Shown here piece after piece: positions 39,138 to 50,395 of a DNA stretch of 64,000 nt (positions are counted from its first letter, which is position 1; each line of letters opens with the position of its first letter). The notes under the pieces are model-generated. The model searched no databases and was not told the DNA's origin. It worked only from the letters and a program-made list of their open reading frames with translations. The position numbers and the translations under genes are program-made. The DNA is from Candidatus Aminicenantes bacterium (GTDB lineage: Bacteria; Acidobacteriota; Aminicenantia; UBA2199): NCBI GenBank assembly GCA_963827565.1, contig CAWHBG010000002.1:54994-118993 (forward strand), in the 5' to 3' direction.

Positions 39138-40495
39138 ATGAATATAATAATTTTCGGTGCCGGGAAAACAGGGCAATATCTGGCCAAATCACTCAGTTCG
39201 GAAGGGAACGATATAATTGTTGTTGAAAAAAATCGGAGTTCTATGTGCACGAGCTTGCAGAGACATCTTGACGCTACAATAATTGAAAGCCAAGGGATAA
39301 ATAAGGAAGTATTTAACGAAGAGGTGTTTGCAGAATGTGACCTTTTCATAGCTGTAAGTTCAGTTGATGAATTGAATATTTTTCATGTTCAGCTGCAAAA
39401 AAAAGCGGGGCCGATAAGGTTGTGGCCAGGATAAGAAATGAAGATCTTGATTTTCTGGATGAGATGATCGACCTTGAAGATATGGGGATAGATCTCATTA
39501 TACACCCTGAAAAAGAGCTCTCAAATGAGTTGGAGAACTTGATTGAATATCCATCTGCAATTGATGTTTATGAACTTTATAACAAAAAAATAATGTTAAT
39601 ATCGACACAAGTATGGAGCAAATCTGATATTATCGGTAAATCTCTGGGAGAGATATCGGAACTTTATTCACTCAACAATATGAGAATAGTTGTTATTGAA
39701 AGAGGATTTGAAGCGCATATACCGAGAGGAGATTTTATTGTAGAAGAGAATGACAAGTTTTTTATAATTTCTGATAAAGAACATTTAAAAGAAGTTTTTA
39801 AAATGACCGGATCGAATGGCGGTGAAAAGATAAAGAATATAATGATCCATGGTAAAGGGAAGCTTGTTGAGACCATTGGAGCTTCACTGGAAAAGAAAGG
39901 TGGCTATAATCTGAGGATCATTACTGAAGATGAGGAGAGAGCAGAACATTTCTCCGAAACTCTTACAGATTCACTTATTGTTCATGGAGAAGCGACAGAC
40001 CTTAATATGCTTGCAGCTGAAGGGATCATTGATATGGATTTCTTTCTTGCTCTTTCAGCGAACGATGAGACAAATATTGTAACATCTCTTCTTGCGAATC
40101 ACCTGAAAGTAAGCAAAACCATAACAAGGATCGAGAAGACCGACTATCTCCCTATTACAAAAACTATCGGGCTTTCCAGGTGTATTAACAGTTCGATTTC
40201 CACATCAAATGCGATCATGAGGTTTGTTAAACATGGAAAAGTCCTTTCCTCAACAACATTAAAAGGGACAAAAATTGTGATGGTCACTTTTAAAGTTTCG
40301 GAAGATTCAAAATACCTGGGTATCCCCTTGTCAGAACTTCAGGCAAAGATACCTGCTGATTCAATTATCGGTGCAGTTTACAGGGATTCCAAACCGTTTG
40401 TCCCTTCAGGGAGTGATAAGATCATACTAGGAGATGAGATAACAGTTTTATCGGAAAAAAATTCATTGAACAAACTTGAAAAGATGTTCGGATAA
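39138..40495 (+). CDS. trkA: Trk potassium uptake system NAD-binding protein TrkA, frameshifted in an A9 run
   Basis: N-terminal TrkA-N Rossmann segment MNIIIFGAGKTGQYLAKSL. The ORFs 39138-39434 and 39422-40495 join through the poly-A at 39397-39405 (KKSGADKVVARIRNEDL). Two TrkA-N/TrkA-C units. Confidence 0.75.
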
Positions 40496-40501
40496 GAAAA
40501 A

Positions 40502-41962
40502 GTGTACAGAACTCTTAATACAGGCTCGGTATTTCATGTTTTAGGATATCTGATCCTTTTAAATGGACTCATTCAGGTTCTCCCTCTACTTGTCTCCTTT
40601 ATTTATGTGGATGGGAGTTACACCGGTTTTGTGATATCAATTGCTGTCAGTGTGTTTTCCGGCCTCCTTATAATAAAAGCAACAAAGAAACAATCCGAAT
40701 TAACCCTGAGAGACGGTTTCCTGGTAGTGGGTCTTGGATGGCTGTTTATGGCCTTGTTCGGAGCGCTTCCATATTTTTTAAGTGGAAGTATTGCTTCCTT
40801 TACAGACTCATTTTTCGAATCGATGTCCGGTTTCACTACTACAGGAGCTACAATACTTACAGATATCGAAATTATGCCTAAAGGTTTATTGTTCTGGCGG
40901 TCTTTAACACACTGGATAGGGGGAATGGGGATAATTGTTTTATCACTGGCAATTCTTCCGATACTCGGGATAGGGGGGATGGAATTGTTCAAAGCAGAAG
41001 CCCCCGGCCCGACAGCAGATAAACTAACACCCAGGATCAAGAATACCGCAAAAATACTGTGGCTTGTCTATGTCGGGATCACATTTGCAGAGGTTATTTT
41101 TCTCCTTTTTGGCGGAATGGACCTTTTTGATGCAATCTGTCACTCTTTTGCCACGATGGCAACGGGAGGATTCAGTACAAGGAATGCGTCTATAAAAGCT
41201 TTTGATTCAACTTATATAGATATGGTTATCACATTCTTTATGTTCATGGCCGGTGTAAATTTTGCACTCCACTTCAGATTCCTTACAGGAAAATTCAACT
41301 CCTATATTAAGGATTTTGAATTCAGGACCTATTTGTATATTGCGCTTGGTTCTACCTTTGTTTTAACCTTCAGCAATTATATTTCAGGGGTGTTTGATTC
41401 AATATTTTCATCTTTCAGATACGGAATATTTCAGGCAGTTTCAATCGGTACCACCACAGGTTTCGGAACTGCTGATTATGAGACATGGACATCACTATCA
41501 CAGATTCTTATTTTTCTCCTGATGTTCATCGGAGGTTCTGCGGGAAGCACCGGAGGCGGAATGAAGGTTGTCAGGCTTATTGTTGTTATTAAGCATGGTA
41601 TTATCGAACTGAAGAAAATGCTCCATCCACAGGCAATGATCCCGCTTAAAATGGGTAAACGTATTGTTCCTAAAGAGGTGACCTTTTCAATAATCGGCTT
41701 TTTTCTTCTTTATGTCGGTCTGTTTGTTACTGTATCAATATTTATGACTGTTATTGGACTCGATATCCTTACAGCTATCGGAGCATCTGCTTCCTGTATC
41801 GGGAACATCGGACCGGGACTTGGTCATGTCGGTCCAACAGATAATTATGCTTATATCCCTGCTGTCGGGAAGTGGGTACTCTCTATCACAATGATGATAG
41901 GAAGGCTTGAAATTTATACTATCCTGGTCATTCTGACCGGTGGATTCTGGCGTTACAAATAG
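40502..41962 (+). CDS. trkH: Trk-type potassium transporter membrane subunit TrkH
   Basis: 486 aa, polytopic. Selectivity-filter-like motifs GFSTRNASI and GGSAGSTGGGMKV. Adjacent to trkA. Confidence 0.8.
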   Translation: MYRTLNTGSVFHVLGYLILLNGLIQVLPLLVSFIYVDGSYTGFVISIAVSVFSGLLIIKATKKQSELTLRDGFLVVGLGWLFMALFGALPYFLSGSIASFTDSFFESMSGFTTTGATILTDIEIMPKGLLFWRSLTHWIGGMGIIVLSLAILPILGIGGMELFKAEAPGPTADKLTPRIKNTAKILWLVYVGITFAEVIFLLFGGMDLFDAICHSFATMATGGFSTRNASIKAFDSTYIDMVITFFMFMAGVNFALHFRFLTGKFNSYIKDFEFRTYLYIALGSTFVLTFSNYISGVFDSIFSSFRYGIFQAVSIGTTTGFGTADYETWTSLSQILIFLLMFIGGSAGSTGGGMKVVRLIVVIKHGIIELKKMLHPQAMIPLKMGKRIVPKEVTFSIIGFFLLYVGLFVTVSIFMTVIGLDILTAIGASASCIGNIGPGLGHVGPTDNYAYIPAVGKWVLSITMMIGRLEIYTILVILTGGFWRYK

Positions 41963-41997
41963 TTTATTGTTGTTCCTGAATAGGATATCATCCTTTT

Positions 41998-42645
41998 GTG
42001 AAAGAACAATTGAGATTAAGATCAGTTTATTTCCTGAAAATATTATTCATTTTGATAAATTTTATAATTCCGGCCGTTCTGATCCTGTTGGGGGTTTCCA
42101 AATACGGGCCGTTCATGCAGATCCCTTTATTAAAGAGTGTTACATTTATACTATTGTTCTTCCTTGTATTGCCGGTTGCAATTACTTATCTGATTGTTTC
42201 ACTTAACAGGATATTCCCGGAAAATACCAGGGATTCTTTTTTACTCTTTTTCCCGTATATTTTGAATATTCTGATCTATTCGGTCAAATTTGGTTTTTCT
42301 CAGGGTTTTTTGTATTTATGGGTAATCAATTCATTACCACTTTTTTTAGGGTATATTCTAACTCTCCTGATAGGATTCTATGTACTGTTTCGGAGTAAAT
42401 TCCGGGCCCGCTATAAGAATAAGTTATCGGAAATTATACCTTTAACTATTTTTTCTTTAATTCTAATCGTGGTTTTTGTGTTCAGCTGGTATTATATGTT
42501 CATAACCGGGACGAACATCATCTATAATATATATATTGAAGTTGAAGCCCTGACCGGAATTATTTATTTCATATTTTCAATTTTGCTGGTGTTTATATTC
42601 CATTTCCCACTGTTGAAAATTCTATATAAAGAGGGGAAACTATAG
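41998..42645 (+). CDS. Hypothetical integral membrane protein
   Basis: 215 aa with about 6 TM helices and no motif. Confidence 0.4.
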   Translation: MKEQLRLRSVYFLKILFILINFIIPAVLILLGVSKYGPFMQIPLLKSVTFILLFFLVLPVAITYLIVSLNRIFPENTRDSFLLFFPYILNILIYSVKFGFSQGFLYLWVINSLPLFLGYILTLLIGFYVLFRSKFRARYKNKLSEIIPLTIFSLILIVVFVFSWYYMFITGTNIIYNIYIEVEALTGIIYFIFSILLVFIFHFPLLKILYKEGKL

Positions 42646-42766
42646 CATCAGTTCCCATATATAATTTTGATAAGACATAAAATAGAAAACAGCGGAAATT
42701 TAATAATTTATACTTATTTGATTTGAACTGATCAGAATGATATATTTCACAACTAAAAGAGGAAAT

Positions 42767-43369
42767 ATGACTATATTATCTGCATCACTGCTTTTATTTC
42801 TCGTTATGGACCCCTTTGGGAATATACCTTTTTTTATATCAGCATTAAAAAATGTGGACCCGAAGAGGTACAAAAAAATTGTTTTGAGAGAGTTGTTCAT
42901 TGCTTTAGCTATACTTCTGATCTTTTTGTTTTTTGGACATTACATCCTCCGTATTTTGGGTATTTCCGAGCCATCGTTAACAATATCGGGAGGAATAATT
43001 CTGTTTTTGATCGCTATAAAAATGATCTTCCCATCCCATGGAGGACTTCATACTGAAGAAGTGGAAGGGGAACCTTTTATTGTCCCACTGGCCATCCCGT
43101 ATGTTGCCGGCCCATCTGCAATGGCATCAATTCTCCTGCTTACCGGAACGGAACCTGACAGACTTCCCGAATGGCTTATTGCAATTCTATTAACATGGTT
43201 TGTAGCAGGATTAATAATTTTTTCATCTACATTTTTCATCAGGTTTTTCGGGAAAAGAGGACTTATCGCAATTGAGAGGCTGATGGGGATGATATTAATA
43301 ACAATTTCTGTTCAAATGTTAATGTCAGGTATTCTGAAGTTTATAACTATTATAGACAAAGGTACTTAA
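42767..43369 (+). CDS. MarC-family (UPF0056) integral membrane protein
   Basis: MTILSASLLLFLVMDPFGNIPFFISAL is the MarC N-terminal signature. There is an AAGAGGAAAT RBS. Confidence 0.7.
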   Translation: MTILSASLLLFLVMDPFGNIPFFISALKNVDPKRYKKIVLRELFIALAILLIFLFFGHYILRILGISEPSLTISGGIILFLIAIKMIFPSHGGLHTEEVEGEPFIVPLAIPYVAGPSAMASILLLTGTEPDRLPEWLIAILLTWFVAGLIIFSSTFFIRFFGKRGLIAIERLMGMILITISVQMLMSGILKFITIIDKGT

Positions 43370-43455
43370 AAATTTAACAATATCATCTTGATATCAGGTG
43401 GATTTTAGTGTAGACTATAATTCTGAAGTGATTATCTCCGGGAAAAGGTATTAAT

Positions 43456-43923
43456 ATGACTTTATTAAATATTAATAAATTACTGCAGTTTGCAGTTGAG
43501 CTTGAGTTGCGCGGTGTAAAACTTTATGAAGAGTGGGCGGAAAAAGCTGAATCCGATGAATTAGAAATGATCTTTCTTATGCTTGCTGATGAAGAAAAGA
43601 GTCATGCGGAAATATTTTCTAAAATTGCTGTTGCTCACAAGGATCCTGATAAGGGATTTGAGATAACAGAAGAATATTCCGAATATCTTAATAAATTTGC
43701 GAATGATATTCTGTTTAATAATAAAGATATCGATATGATCAAAACCATAAAGGATGCGATCGAAGTTGCCAAAAAACAGGAACTCGATGCCATGCTTTTT
43801 TTCACAGATATTAAAAATCATGTTTCAGCTGAACATACAGCTGCAGTGGAACAGGTAATTTCAGAAGAGAGAAAACATTTTAATACATTGAGTGAGCTTC
43901 AGATGAAACTGAAACTCGGATAG
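43456..43923 (+). CDS. Ferritin-like diiron protein (rubrerythrin-like), paralog 1
   Basis: Two E...ExxH half-sites: AVELELRG / ADEEKSH and AKKQELD / SEERKHF. Confidence 0.6.
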   Translation: MTLLNINKLLQFAVELELRGVKLYEEWAEKAESDELEMIFLMLADEEKSHAEIFSKIAVAHKDPDKGFEITEEYSEYLNKFANDILFNNKDIDMIKTIKDAIEVAKKQELDAMLFFTDIKNHVSAEHTAAVEQVISEERKHFNTLSELQMKLKLG

Positions 43924-43957
43924 ACGGGTATGTATTTAAAAATTACTTGAGAAAAAA

Positions 43958-44425
43958 ATGGGAAGACTAACGGTAGAAAACATATTCAAAATAGCTGTTG
44001 AACTCGAACAGCGGGGATTCAACTTTTTCACAGATTGGGCAGAAAAGGCAGAATCGGATGAAGTAAAAATGTTCTTTTCAATGCTTGCGGATGAGGAAAA
44101 GGAGCATATAGATGTCTTTTTAAATATCGCTAAAAAGCAGGAGAGCGGAAATATTAAATCTGAGATCAATGAAAAGTTCATGGAATTCTTTGATGATTTC
44201 CAGGAAAATGTGATGTTCAGCGATAAAGAGTTCAGGAATGCGAAGACTCTCAATGAAGCATTTGAACTAGCCAAAAAACAGGAGATAGATGTTCAACTTT
44301 TCTATTCTGAACTAAAAAAATATGTGGATAGAGCAACTTCACATATTCTTGATGATATCATTGCAGAGGAGCAGTTACATTATAAAAAGATCAGTGATTT
44401 ACAGAAAAAACTTAACTTCGGGTGA
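43958..44425 (+). CDS. Ferritin-like diiron protein (rubrerythrin-like), paralog 2 (tandem duplicate)
   Basis: Same length (155 aa) and same motif layout as 43456-43923: AVELEQRG / ADEEKEH / AKKQEID / AEEQLHY. Confidence 0.6.
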   Translation: MGRLTVENIFKIAVELEQRGFNFFTDWAEKAESDEVKMFFSMLADEEKEHIDVFLNIAKKQESGNIKSEINEKFMEFFDDFQENVMFSDKEFRNAKTLNEAFELAKKQEIDVQLFYSELKKYVDRATSHILDDIIAEEQLHYKKISDLQKKLNFG

Positions 44426-44504
44426 TTTGTTTAATTGTTCTCTTTAAAAACCTAATTCAGTTTTTCCCGTATACATTGTGATAAAATTAAATACAGGAGT
44501 GAAG

Positions 44505-45065
44505 ATGGATCATTTTAAAATAAAAATCTTACTGATCGTTTTAATATCAGCAGCTGGTTTTAACAGTATTGATGGGGGTCAAAAAATGGATATGAGAGAA
44601 CCGCTCACCGTTGAGCATGTTGAACTTGGGAAATATATCGGGACCTGGTATGAGATCGCGAAGATCCCGAACCGTTTTCAGAAAAAATGTACCGGAAATA
44701 CCACTGCTGAATACAGGATCAGAAAAGACGGCCGTATTGACGTAATTAACAGGTGTGATAATAAAAAAGGTAAAGTAACGGTTGCAAAAGGTATTGCCAA
44801 AGTAGTTGACAAAAAATCTAATTCAAAACTTAAGGTCAGTTTCGTAAGGGTCCTGGGCCTTCAATTGTTCTGGGGGGATTACTGGATACTCGGATTGGAT
44901 AAGGATTATCAATATGCAGTGGTTGGTGATTCAAAAAGAAAATACGGATGGATACTTGCAAGAAATAAAGAACTTAGTGAATTACAATGGGATGAAATTG
45001 ATGTTATCCTGTCAAAACAGGGTTATGATAAAGAGAGTTTTGCCAAAACCTCTCATTCAAAATAA
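44505..45065 (+). CDS. blc: Bacterial lipocalin (Blc-like outer-membrane lipoprotein)
   Basis: Lipocalin SCR1 GTWYEIAKIPNRFQKKC. Signal peptide. Size about 186 aa. Confidence 0.75.
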   Translation: MDHFKIKILLIVLISAAGFNSIDGGQKMDMREPLTVEHVELGKYIGTWYEIAKIPNRFQKKCTGNTTAEYRIRKDGRIDVINRCDNKKGKVTVAKGIAKVVDKKSNSKLKVSFVRVLGLQLFWGDYWILGLDKDYQYAVVGDSKRKYGWILARNKELSELQWDEIDVILSKQGYDKESFAKTSHSK

Positions 45066-45080
45066 CAAAGGAGAAATTAA

Positions 45081-45839
45081 ATGAAAAAAAATAGAAATTT
45101 ACTTTTAGTCGGTTTATACATTTGCATGATTTTACCTTCCGGACTTTATTCCGGATCGAAACTGAGTATCGATATTGAAACCGGTCCGGTCTTTGCTACA
45201 TATAATTCTGTTCAGGTACCAAACCCGGGGGGGACCAGATTCTCTTTAACGGATGATTTTGATGTTAAGGGGAAGATGTTCTATAGATTAAGACTGACTT
45301 ACAATCTGGGTGACCGTCATCAGTTATCAGCACTTTATGCCCCTTTAACACTGACAGCTTCCGGCATCCCTGATACCGATATCACTTTTAAAAATACAGT
45401 TTTTAATCAGGGAGAGAATTTATCCGGATCCTATACATTTAATTCATACCGCCTGACATACCGATATAAACTTGTCAGAAAACCTAAACTGGAACTATGG
45501 ATCGGATTTACCGGCAAGATCCGTGATGCGGAGATCAGAATTGAATCCAGCACAAAAAGCGACAACACCGAAAATGTCGGTTTCGTCCCGCTGCTGAATC
45601 TATATTTAGATTGGAAATGGTCACCAAAAAGCGGATTGATCCTTGAAGCTGATGCGCTTGCATCTCCCGGAGGAGAAGGGCGTGCTGAAGATGTCGCATT
45701 AGGGATCTATTATAAAGTATCTGAGAGAAGCAGGATAAAGGCAGGATACAGATTTGTTGAAGGTGGAGCAGATGTGGAAACCGTATACAATTTTGCATTC
45801 CTCCACTATTTTTTTATCGGTTATCAGATAAGTTTTTAG
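45081..45839 (+). CDS. Putative outer-membrane beta-barrel protein
   Basis: Signal peptide, alternating amphipathic strands, C-terminus ...GYQISF with a terminal Phe. Confidence 0.45.
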   Translation: MKKNRNLLLVGLYICMILPSGLYSGSKLSIDIETGPVFATYNSVQVPNPGGTRFSLTDDFDVKGKMFYRLRLTYNLGDRHQLSALYAPLTLTASGIPDTDITFKNTVFNQGENLSGSYTFNSYRLTYRYKLVRKPKLELWIGFTGKIRDAEIRIESSTKSDNTENVGFVPLLNLYLDWKWSPKSGLILEADALASPGGEGRAEDVALGIYYKVSERSRIKAGYRFVEGGADVETVYNFAFLHYFFIGYQISF

Positions 45840-45946
45840 TTTATTAATCAAAGAACTGATTAAAAAGAAAATACCCTTATATTCAGGACCTTTATTCTTA
45901 TCTCAGTTAAAAAATGATAGAATAATATTTTTCAGAGGAGGAGTTT

Positions 45947-46972
45947 ATGAAAAAGGGACTGTTATATTCAGCAATTTTTTTATCAGCCGTCATTTTTTAC
46001 AGTCAGTCAACATATGTTGTTTCCGGTATTGTAACCAAAGATGGGTCAGGTACTGAAAATGCAAAAATAAAAGTGATCAAAATTTCAGAAGAGACTTCCG
46101 GTGAAAATTCAGTAGAAAATAACTATGAAAATACAATAACCTCAAATCCTGTGGGAAGATTTCACTTTAATCTTTATCCGGGAAAATATAAGATCATATG
46201 TGACTATACATCACCTGTTGCAATTCCCCACGAATTATTTGTTATTGGGCCTGAAGAGTTCGAAGTAAAAGATAAAAGCATTGAGGACCTTGAATTCAGA
46301 ATTGTTGATGAAATCGGATATATAGAGGCGAACAAAGCAATACTTGACAGCATCCAGGAATCTGTACCCTCAGTTAATTATAAATGGGGGAAGATTCCCC
46401 TTTTCACTGAAGAGGAGTGCAAACTTAAAGCGGAAGGATTCCTGAATACCTTAAAAGATGAAGAGGGGAAAGATGTTCTTAACGGTTCCGCTCTCGGTAT
46501 TCCGTTAAAGATATATGATTTAAATGGTAATGTAGTGTTTTATCAATTCCCTATAACTAACCTGGATACCAGGATCGGATACATTGGAGTCCATTCTGTT
46601 GGAATAAAACCTGAAGAATCGAATTTCTTCAATTATCCCAGTATATCTCTGAAGGAATTGAATGACCGGTTAATTGAGTTCAAAAATAAAAATTTTCTGA
46701 TGGATTCTAAAATTCCGGAACTGAAAATGAAAACAGCAGCTGTTCTTAAAATTGACCAGAGTGAACTTATGTTTAAAAGATTTCTTTCTTTGGGCCCGGA
46801 TTCTTTCAGTTTTTATGTGGTTTTTACAATATTCCCTGATGAGAACGAAATAATTGTTGATATGAACGATATTTCTATCCTTTCAAATGAAAAAACTGTT
46901 GATCAGATCCGTGATGAGAGTGAAGCTCGGTATACTTTAAAATATATTCTCGATACAAAAAATGATATCTGA
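45947..46972 (+). CDS. Hypothetical secreted protein
   Basis: GAGGAGGAG RBS. Signal peptide MKKGLLYSAIFLSAVIFYS. Confidence 0.45.
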   Translation: MKKGLLYSAIFLSAVIFYSQSTYVVSGIVTKDGSGTENAKIKVIKISEETSGENSVENNYENTITSNPVGRFHFNLYPGKYKIICDYTSPVAIPHELFVIGPEEFEVKDKSIEDLEFRIVDEIGYIEANKAILDSIQESVPSVNYKWGKIPLFTEEECKLKAEGFLNTLKDEEGKDVLNGSALGIPLKIYDLNGNVVFYQFPITNLDTRIGYIGVHSVGIKPEESNFFNYPSISLKELNDRLIEFKNKNFLMDSKIPELKMKTAAVLKIDQSELMFKRFLSLGPDSFSFYVVFTIFPDENEIIVDMNDISILSNEKTVDQIRDESEARYTLKYILDTKNDI

Positions 46973-47034
46973 TCAATACACAGCCCTTATTGATAAAAAG
47001 AGGAAAATATTATAGTATTTTTTTTGAGGAGATC

Positions 47035-48306
47035 ATGACACAACTAGAAAAAGCCAGAAGCGGTGAGATCACAACTGAAATTGAAAAAGTTGCTCTAAAG
47101 GAAAATCTGGAAACTGAAGATTTGGTAAAACTTATTTCAACCGGAAGAGTTGTAATTCCTGCTAATATAAATCACAAAAATCTGGATCCCATAGGGATCG
47201 GGAAAAACCTGAAAACAAAAATAAATGCAAATATAGGAACCTCAGGTGATTTCTTTGATGTAAAGGATGAGATCAAAAAACTTGAAATGGCGATAAGATT
47301 CAAGGCCGATACCATAATGGACCTGAGTACAGGTGGAGATATTACTGGTATAAGAAGGGAGTTGATAAGGAACTCCTCAATACCATTTGGAAATGTTCCG
47401 GTTTATCAAATGGTAATAGACATCCTGAAAAGGAAAAAAACTTTTGTTGAAATGGATCCGGTTGAGATGCTTGAATTTATTGAAGAGCAGGCGGAGGACG
47501 GAGTTGATTACATGACCATCCATTCCGGCCTGACACAAAAAGCAGTGGAGAGAGTGAAGAATCAGGGTAGAATTGCCGGGATAGTTTCACGCGGGGGGTC
47601 AATAACGGTCGGATGGATGCTTCATAATAATAAAGAAAATCCTTTCTATGAGCATTTTGATGACATTCTGAAAATTGCTAACAAACATGATGTTACATTA
47701 TCTCTTGGTGATGGACTCAGGCCCGGAGCTATAGCAGATGGAACTGATCAAGGGCAAATAGAAGAGCTTCTCACATTGGGGGAACTTGTAAAGAGATCAA
47801 GATCAGCCGGTGTACAGGTAATGGTTGAAGGTCCGGGACACATTCCGCTTAAAGATATTGAAATGAATATCAGGCTTCAGAAATCTATTTGTGATGAAGC
47901 TCCATTTTATGTTCTAGGGCCCATAGTAACAGATATCGCTCCGGGTTATGACCATATTACATCAGCTATCGGTGGTGCAATTGCAGCATCTGCTGGTGCT
48001 GATTTTCTGTGTTATGTTACTCCTGCAGAGCATCTGGGACTGCCTGATGAAAAGGATGTCCGAGAAGGTATAATTGCATCAAAAATAGCAGCTCATGTCG
48101 GAGACATCTCTAAAGGTGTAAAAGGAGCTATTGATAAGGACATAAGAATGGGGAAAGCAAGGAAAGATCTTAATTGGGAAGAGCAAAGAAATATCTGCCT
48201 GGACCCCGTTAAATTCAATAAGGTCAGAAATGAAAGGGGAACAAAGACAGAGGCTTGCTCGATGTGCGGAAATCTATGTGTATATAAAGTACTGGAAAAC
48301 TTTTAA
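47035..48306 (+). CDS. thiC: Phosphomethylpyrimidine synthase ThiC
   Basis: Similar to ThiC throughout. C-terminal Fe-S motif CSMCGNLC. The ATG at 47035 has a GAGGAG SD. Confidence 0.9.
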   Translation: MTQLEKARSGEITTEIEKVALKENLETEDLVKLISTGRVVIPANINHKNLDPIGIGKNLKTKINANIGTSGDFFDVKDEIKKLEMAIRFKADTIMDLSTGGDITGIRRELIRNSSIPFGNVPVYQMVIDILKRKKTFVEMDPVEMLEFIEEQAEDGVDYMTIHSGLTQKAVERVKNQGRIAGIVSRGGSITVGWMLHNNKENPFYEHFDDILKIANKHDVTLSLGDGLRPGAIADGTDQGQIEELLTLGELVKRSRSAGVQVMVEGPGHIPLKDIEMNIRLQKSICDEAPFYVLGPIVTDIAPGYDHITSAIGGAIAASAGADFLCYVTPAEHLGLPDEKDVREGIIASKIAAHVGDISKGVKGAIDKDIRMGKARKDLNWEEQRNICLDPVKFNKVRNERGTKTEACSMCGNLCVYKVLENF

Positions 48307-49158
48307 ATGGATGAACTTAAATTCAAATTTTGCGGAGTGAGGGGGAGTTATCCCGTTTCAGCACCGAAAACTGTTAAATATGGCGGGAACACTGCTTCCA
48401 TTTTATTTGAATCCGGGGAAGATATATTCATTCTAGATGCCGGTACAGGTATCATTGCAGCAGGTGAATATATAGAGAGTAAAGAAAACATAAAAACAAT
48501 AAATATTTTTCTGACTCATCTTCATATTGACCATATAATGGGCCTTCCGTTTTTTAATCCGATTTATGATAAGGAAAAAATTATAAAAATCCATTGTTTT
48601 AAATATAGTGGTTTTAAATACAAAGACACAATTTATTCGCTTTTTAATCAGCCGTTATCACCTATCAGCAGAAAGGGTATCCGTGCGAAATTAAAATTCT
48701 ATACATTTGGCGAGAATGTTGATAGCCCGGTTATCATTAATGAGAATACAAAAGTAAGTTGCCTTAAGGATGAACTTCACCCGAAATCAGGTGTACTTAT
48801 TTATAAGGTTGATTATTATAAAAAAAAATTGATCTTTGCAACAGATGTTGAAAGTGAGAATGGTTTTACCGGAGACCATGAAAATTTTATTAAAAATGCA
48901 GATATCCTTATCCATGATTCACAATATACCTCGGAAGATTATTACAATATTCAAAATCCCAAATCCGGATATGGACACAGTACTGTTGATATGGCGGTTG
49001 ATAATGCTGATAAGATGAATGTTGAAAAATTATTTTTATTTCATTACAGTCCTGAATATTCAGACTCAAAACTTGAAAAAATGCTGGACCATGCAAAGAA
49101 AAAATTCAGTAATACCGAATTATCGATAGAAGGAAAAATAAATAAACTAAGGAGATAA
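48307..49158 (+). CDS. MBL-fold metallo-hydrolase
   Basis: HxHxDH motif LTHLHIDHIMG. Confidence 0.7.
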   Translation: MDELKFKFCGVRGSYPVSAPKTVKYGGNTASILFESGEDIFILDAGTGIIAAGEYIESKENIKTINIFLTHLHIDHIMGLPFFNPIYDKEKIIKIHCFKYSGFKYKDTIYSLFNQPLSPISRKGIRAKLKFYTFGENVDSPVIINENTKVSCLKDELHPKSGVLIYKVDYYKKKLIFATDVESENGFTGDHENFIKNADILIHDSQYTSEDYYNIQNPKSGYGHSTVDMAVDNADKMNVEKLFLFHYSPEYSDSKLEKMLDHAKKKFSNTELSIEGKINKLRR

Positions 49159-49160
49159 CC

Positions 49161-49907
49161 ATGTCAGGACATTCAAAATGGGCTTCGATTAAGCATAAAA
49201 AAGCGGCAACAGATGCGAAAAGAGGAAAGGCTTTCACAAGAATTATTAAAGAAATTATGATTGCTGCAAAGCAGGGCGGCGGAGATCCTGAATCTAATCC
49301 CAGACTCAGAACTGCAGTTGACAGCGCCAAGAGTATTAATATGCCGAACGATAATATCAAAAAAGCTATTTTGCGTGGGACCGGTGAGCTTGAAGGTGTG
49401 AATTATGAAGATATCTCTTATGAAGGATACGGACCGGGAGGCGTCGCCATATTAATTGAATGTCTTACAGATAACAATAAAAGAACAGTGGCTGAAGTGA
49501 GGCATATACTTGGAAAATATAATGGGAATCTCGGTGAATCGGGATGTGTCGGATGGATGTTCACTAAAAAAGGTCAGATCCTTGTCAGGAAAGATAAAAC
49601 AGGTGAGGATGAACTGATGGAGATTGTTTTGGAGAATGGCGCTGAAGACATGACAGAAGATGATGAGAATTTTATTGTAACAACGGCACCTGAAAATCTC
49701 AATGAAGTGACTGCCGCAATTAAAGAACTGATAGAAATAAATTCTTCCGAAATCTCAATGATACCCTCCACTTATATTAATCTGGAAGAGAAACAGGCAC
49801 ATCAGATGCTGAAGCTTCTTGAAAAAATTGAAGAAATTGATGATGTTCAGAATGTATGGACCAATTTTGATGTAAACGATGAAATTCTTGAGAGTTATAA
49901 CGGCTGA
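49161..49907 (+). CDS. yebC: YebC/PmpR-family transcriptional regulator
   Basis: MSGHSKWASIKHKKAATDAKRGKAFTRIIKEI is the diagnostic N-terminus. Confidence 0.9.
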   Translation: MSGHSKWASIKHKKAATDAKRGKAFTRIIKEIMIAAKQGGGDPESNPRLRTAVDSAKSINMPNDNIKKAILRGTGELEGVNYEDISYEGYGPGGVAILIECLTDNNKRTVAEVRHILGKYNGNLGESGCVGWMFTKKGQILVRKDKTGEDELMEIVLENGAEDMTEDDENFIVTTAPENLNEVTAAIKELIEINSSEISMIPSTYINLEEKQAHQMLKLLEKIEEIDDVQNVWTNFDVNDEILESYNG

Positions 49908-50395
49908 TGATTTTTGCCGGTTTTGATCCCGGTTCCAGCGTTTTCGGGATAGGTTTGGTAGACAAAGAGGGTTCAAAGTTAAAATATATAATGTCAGAGG
50001 AATTAAAATTCCCGAAAGTGGACTTTAACATAAAAATGGGCCTGCTTATTGATAAGCTGAACCAGATTTTTCAAGATTATAATGTAATGGAATCCGCAAT
50101 AGAGGATGGATTTTTAGGAAAAAATGTCGGCTCAATGAATACACTATCTAAAGTCAGGGGAGTTGTTCTTGCCTCGTCTATTATGAATAGTAAGGAATTG
50201 AGCTTTTATTCTCCCCGGGAGATAAAGATCTCAGTGACGGGAAATGGAAATGCAGATAAAGATCAGGTTAGAAAAGGAGTCAGAATGCTTCTTGGAATTA
50301 AAAATTTACCTGAAATAGGTTATGATGAAAGTGATGCGCTTGCAGTTGCTTTATGCCATTCATTGATGAAAAGAAAAAATGAGATTATGAAATGA
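49907..50395 (+). CDS. ruvC: Holliday junction resolvase RuvC
   Basis: MIFAGFDPGSSVFGIGL. The canonical yebC-ruvC-ruvA-ruvB order is present. Confidence 0.85.
   Translation: MIFAGFDPGSSVFGIGLVDKEGSKLKYIMSEELKFPKVDFNIKMGLLIDKLNQIFQDYNVMESAIEDGFLGKNVGSMNTLSKVRGVVLASSIMNSKELSFYSPREIKISVTGNGNADKDQVRKGVRMLLGIKNLPEIGYDESDALAVALCHSLMKRKNEIMK

Noticed and set aside
46972-47035. TPP riboswitch expected upstream of thiC
   Set aside because: The gap between the upstream gene and thiC is only 63 bp and has no THI-box (CUGAGA ... ACCUGAUCUGGAUAAUGCCAGCG-like) element. The 45840-45947 region also lacks it.
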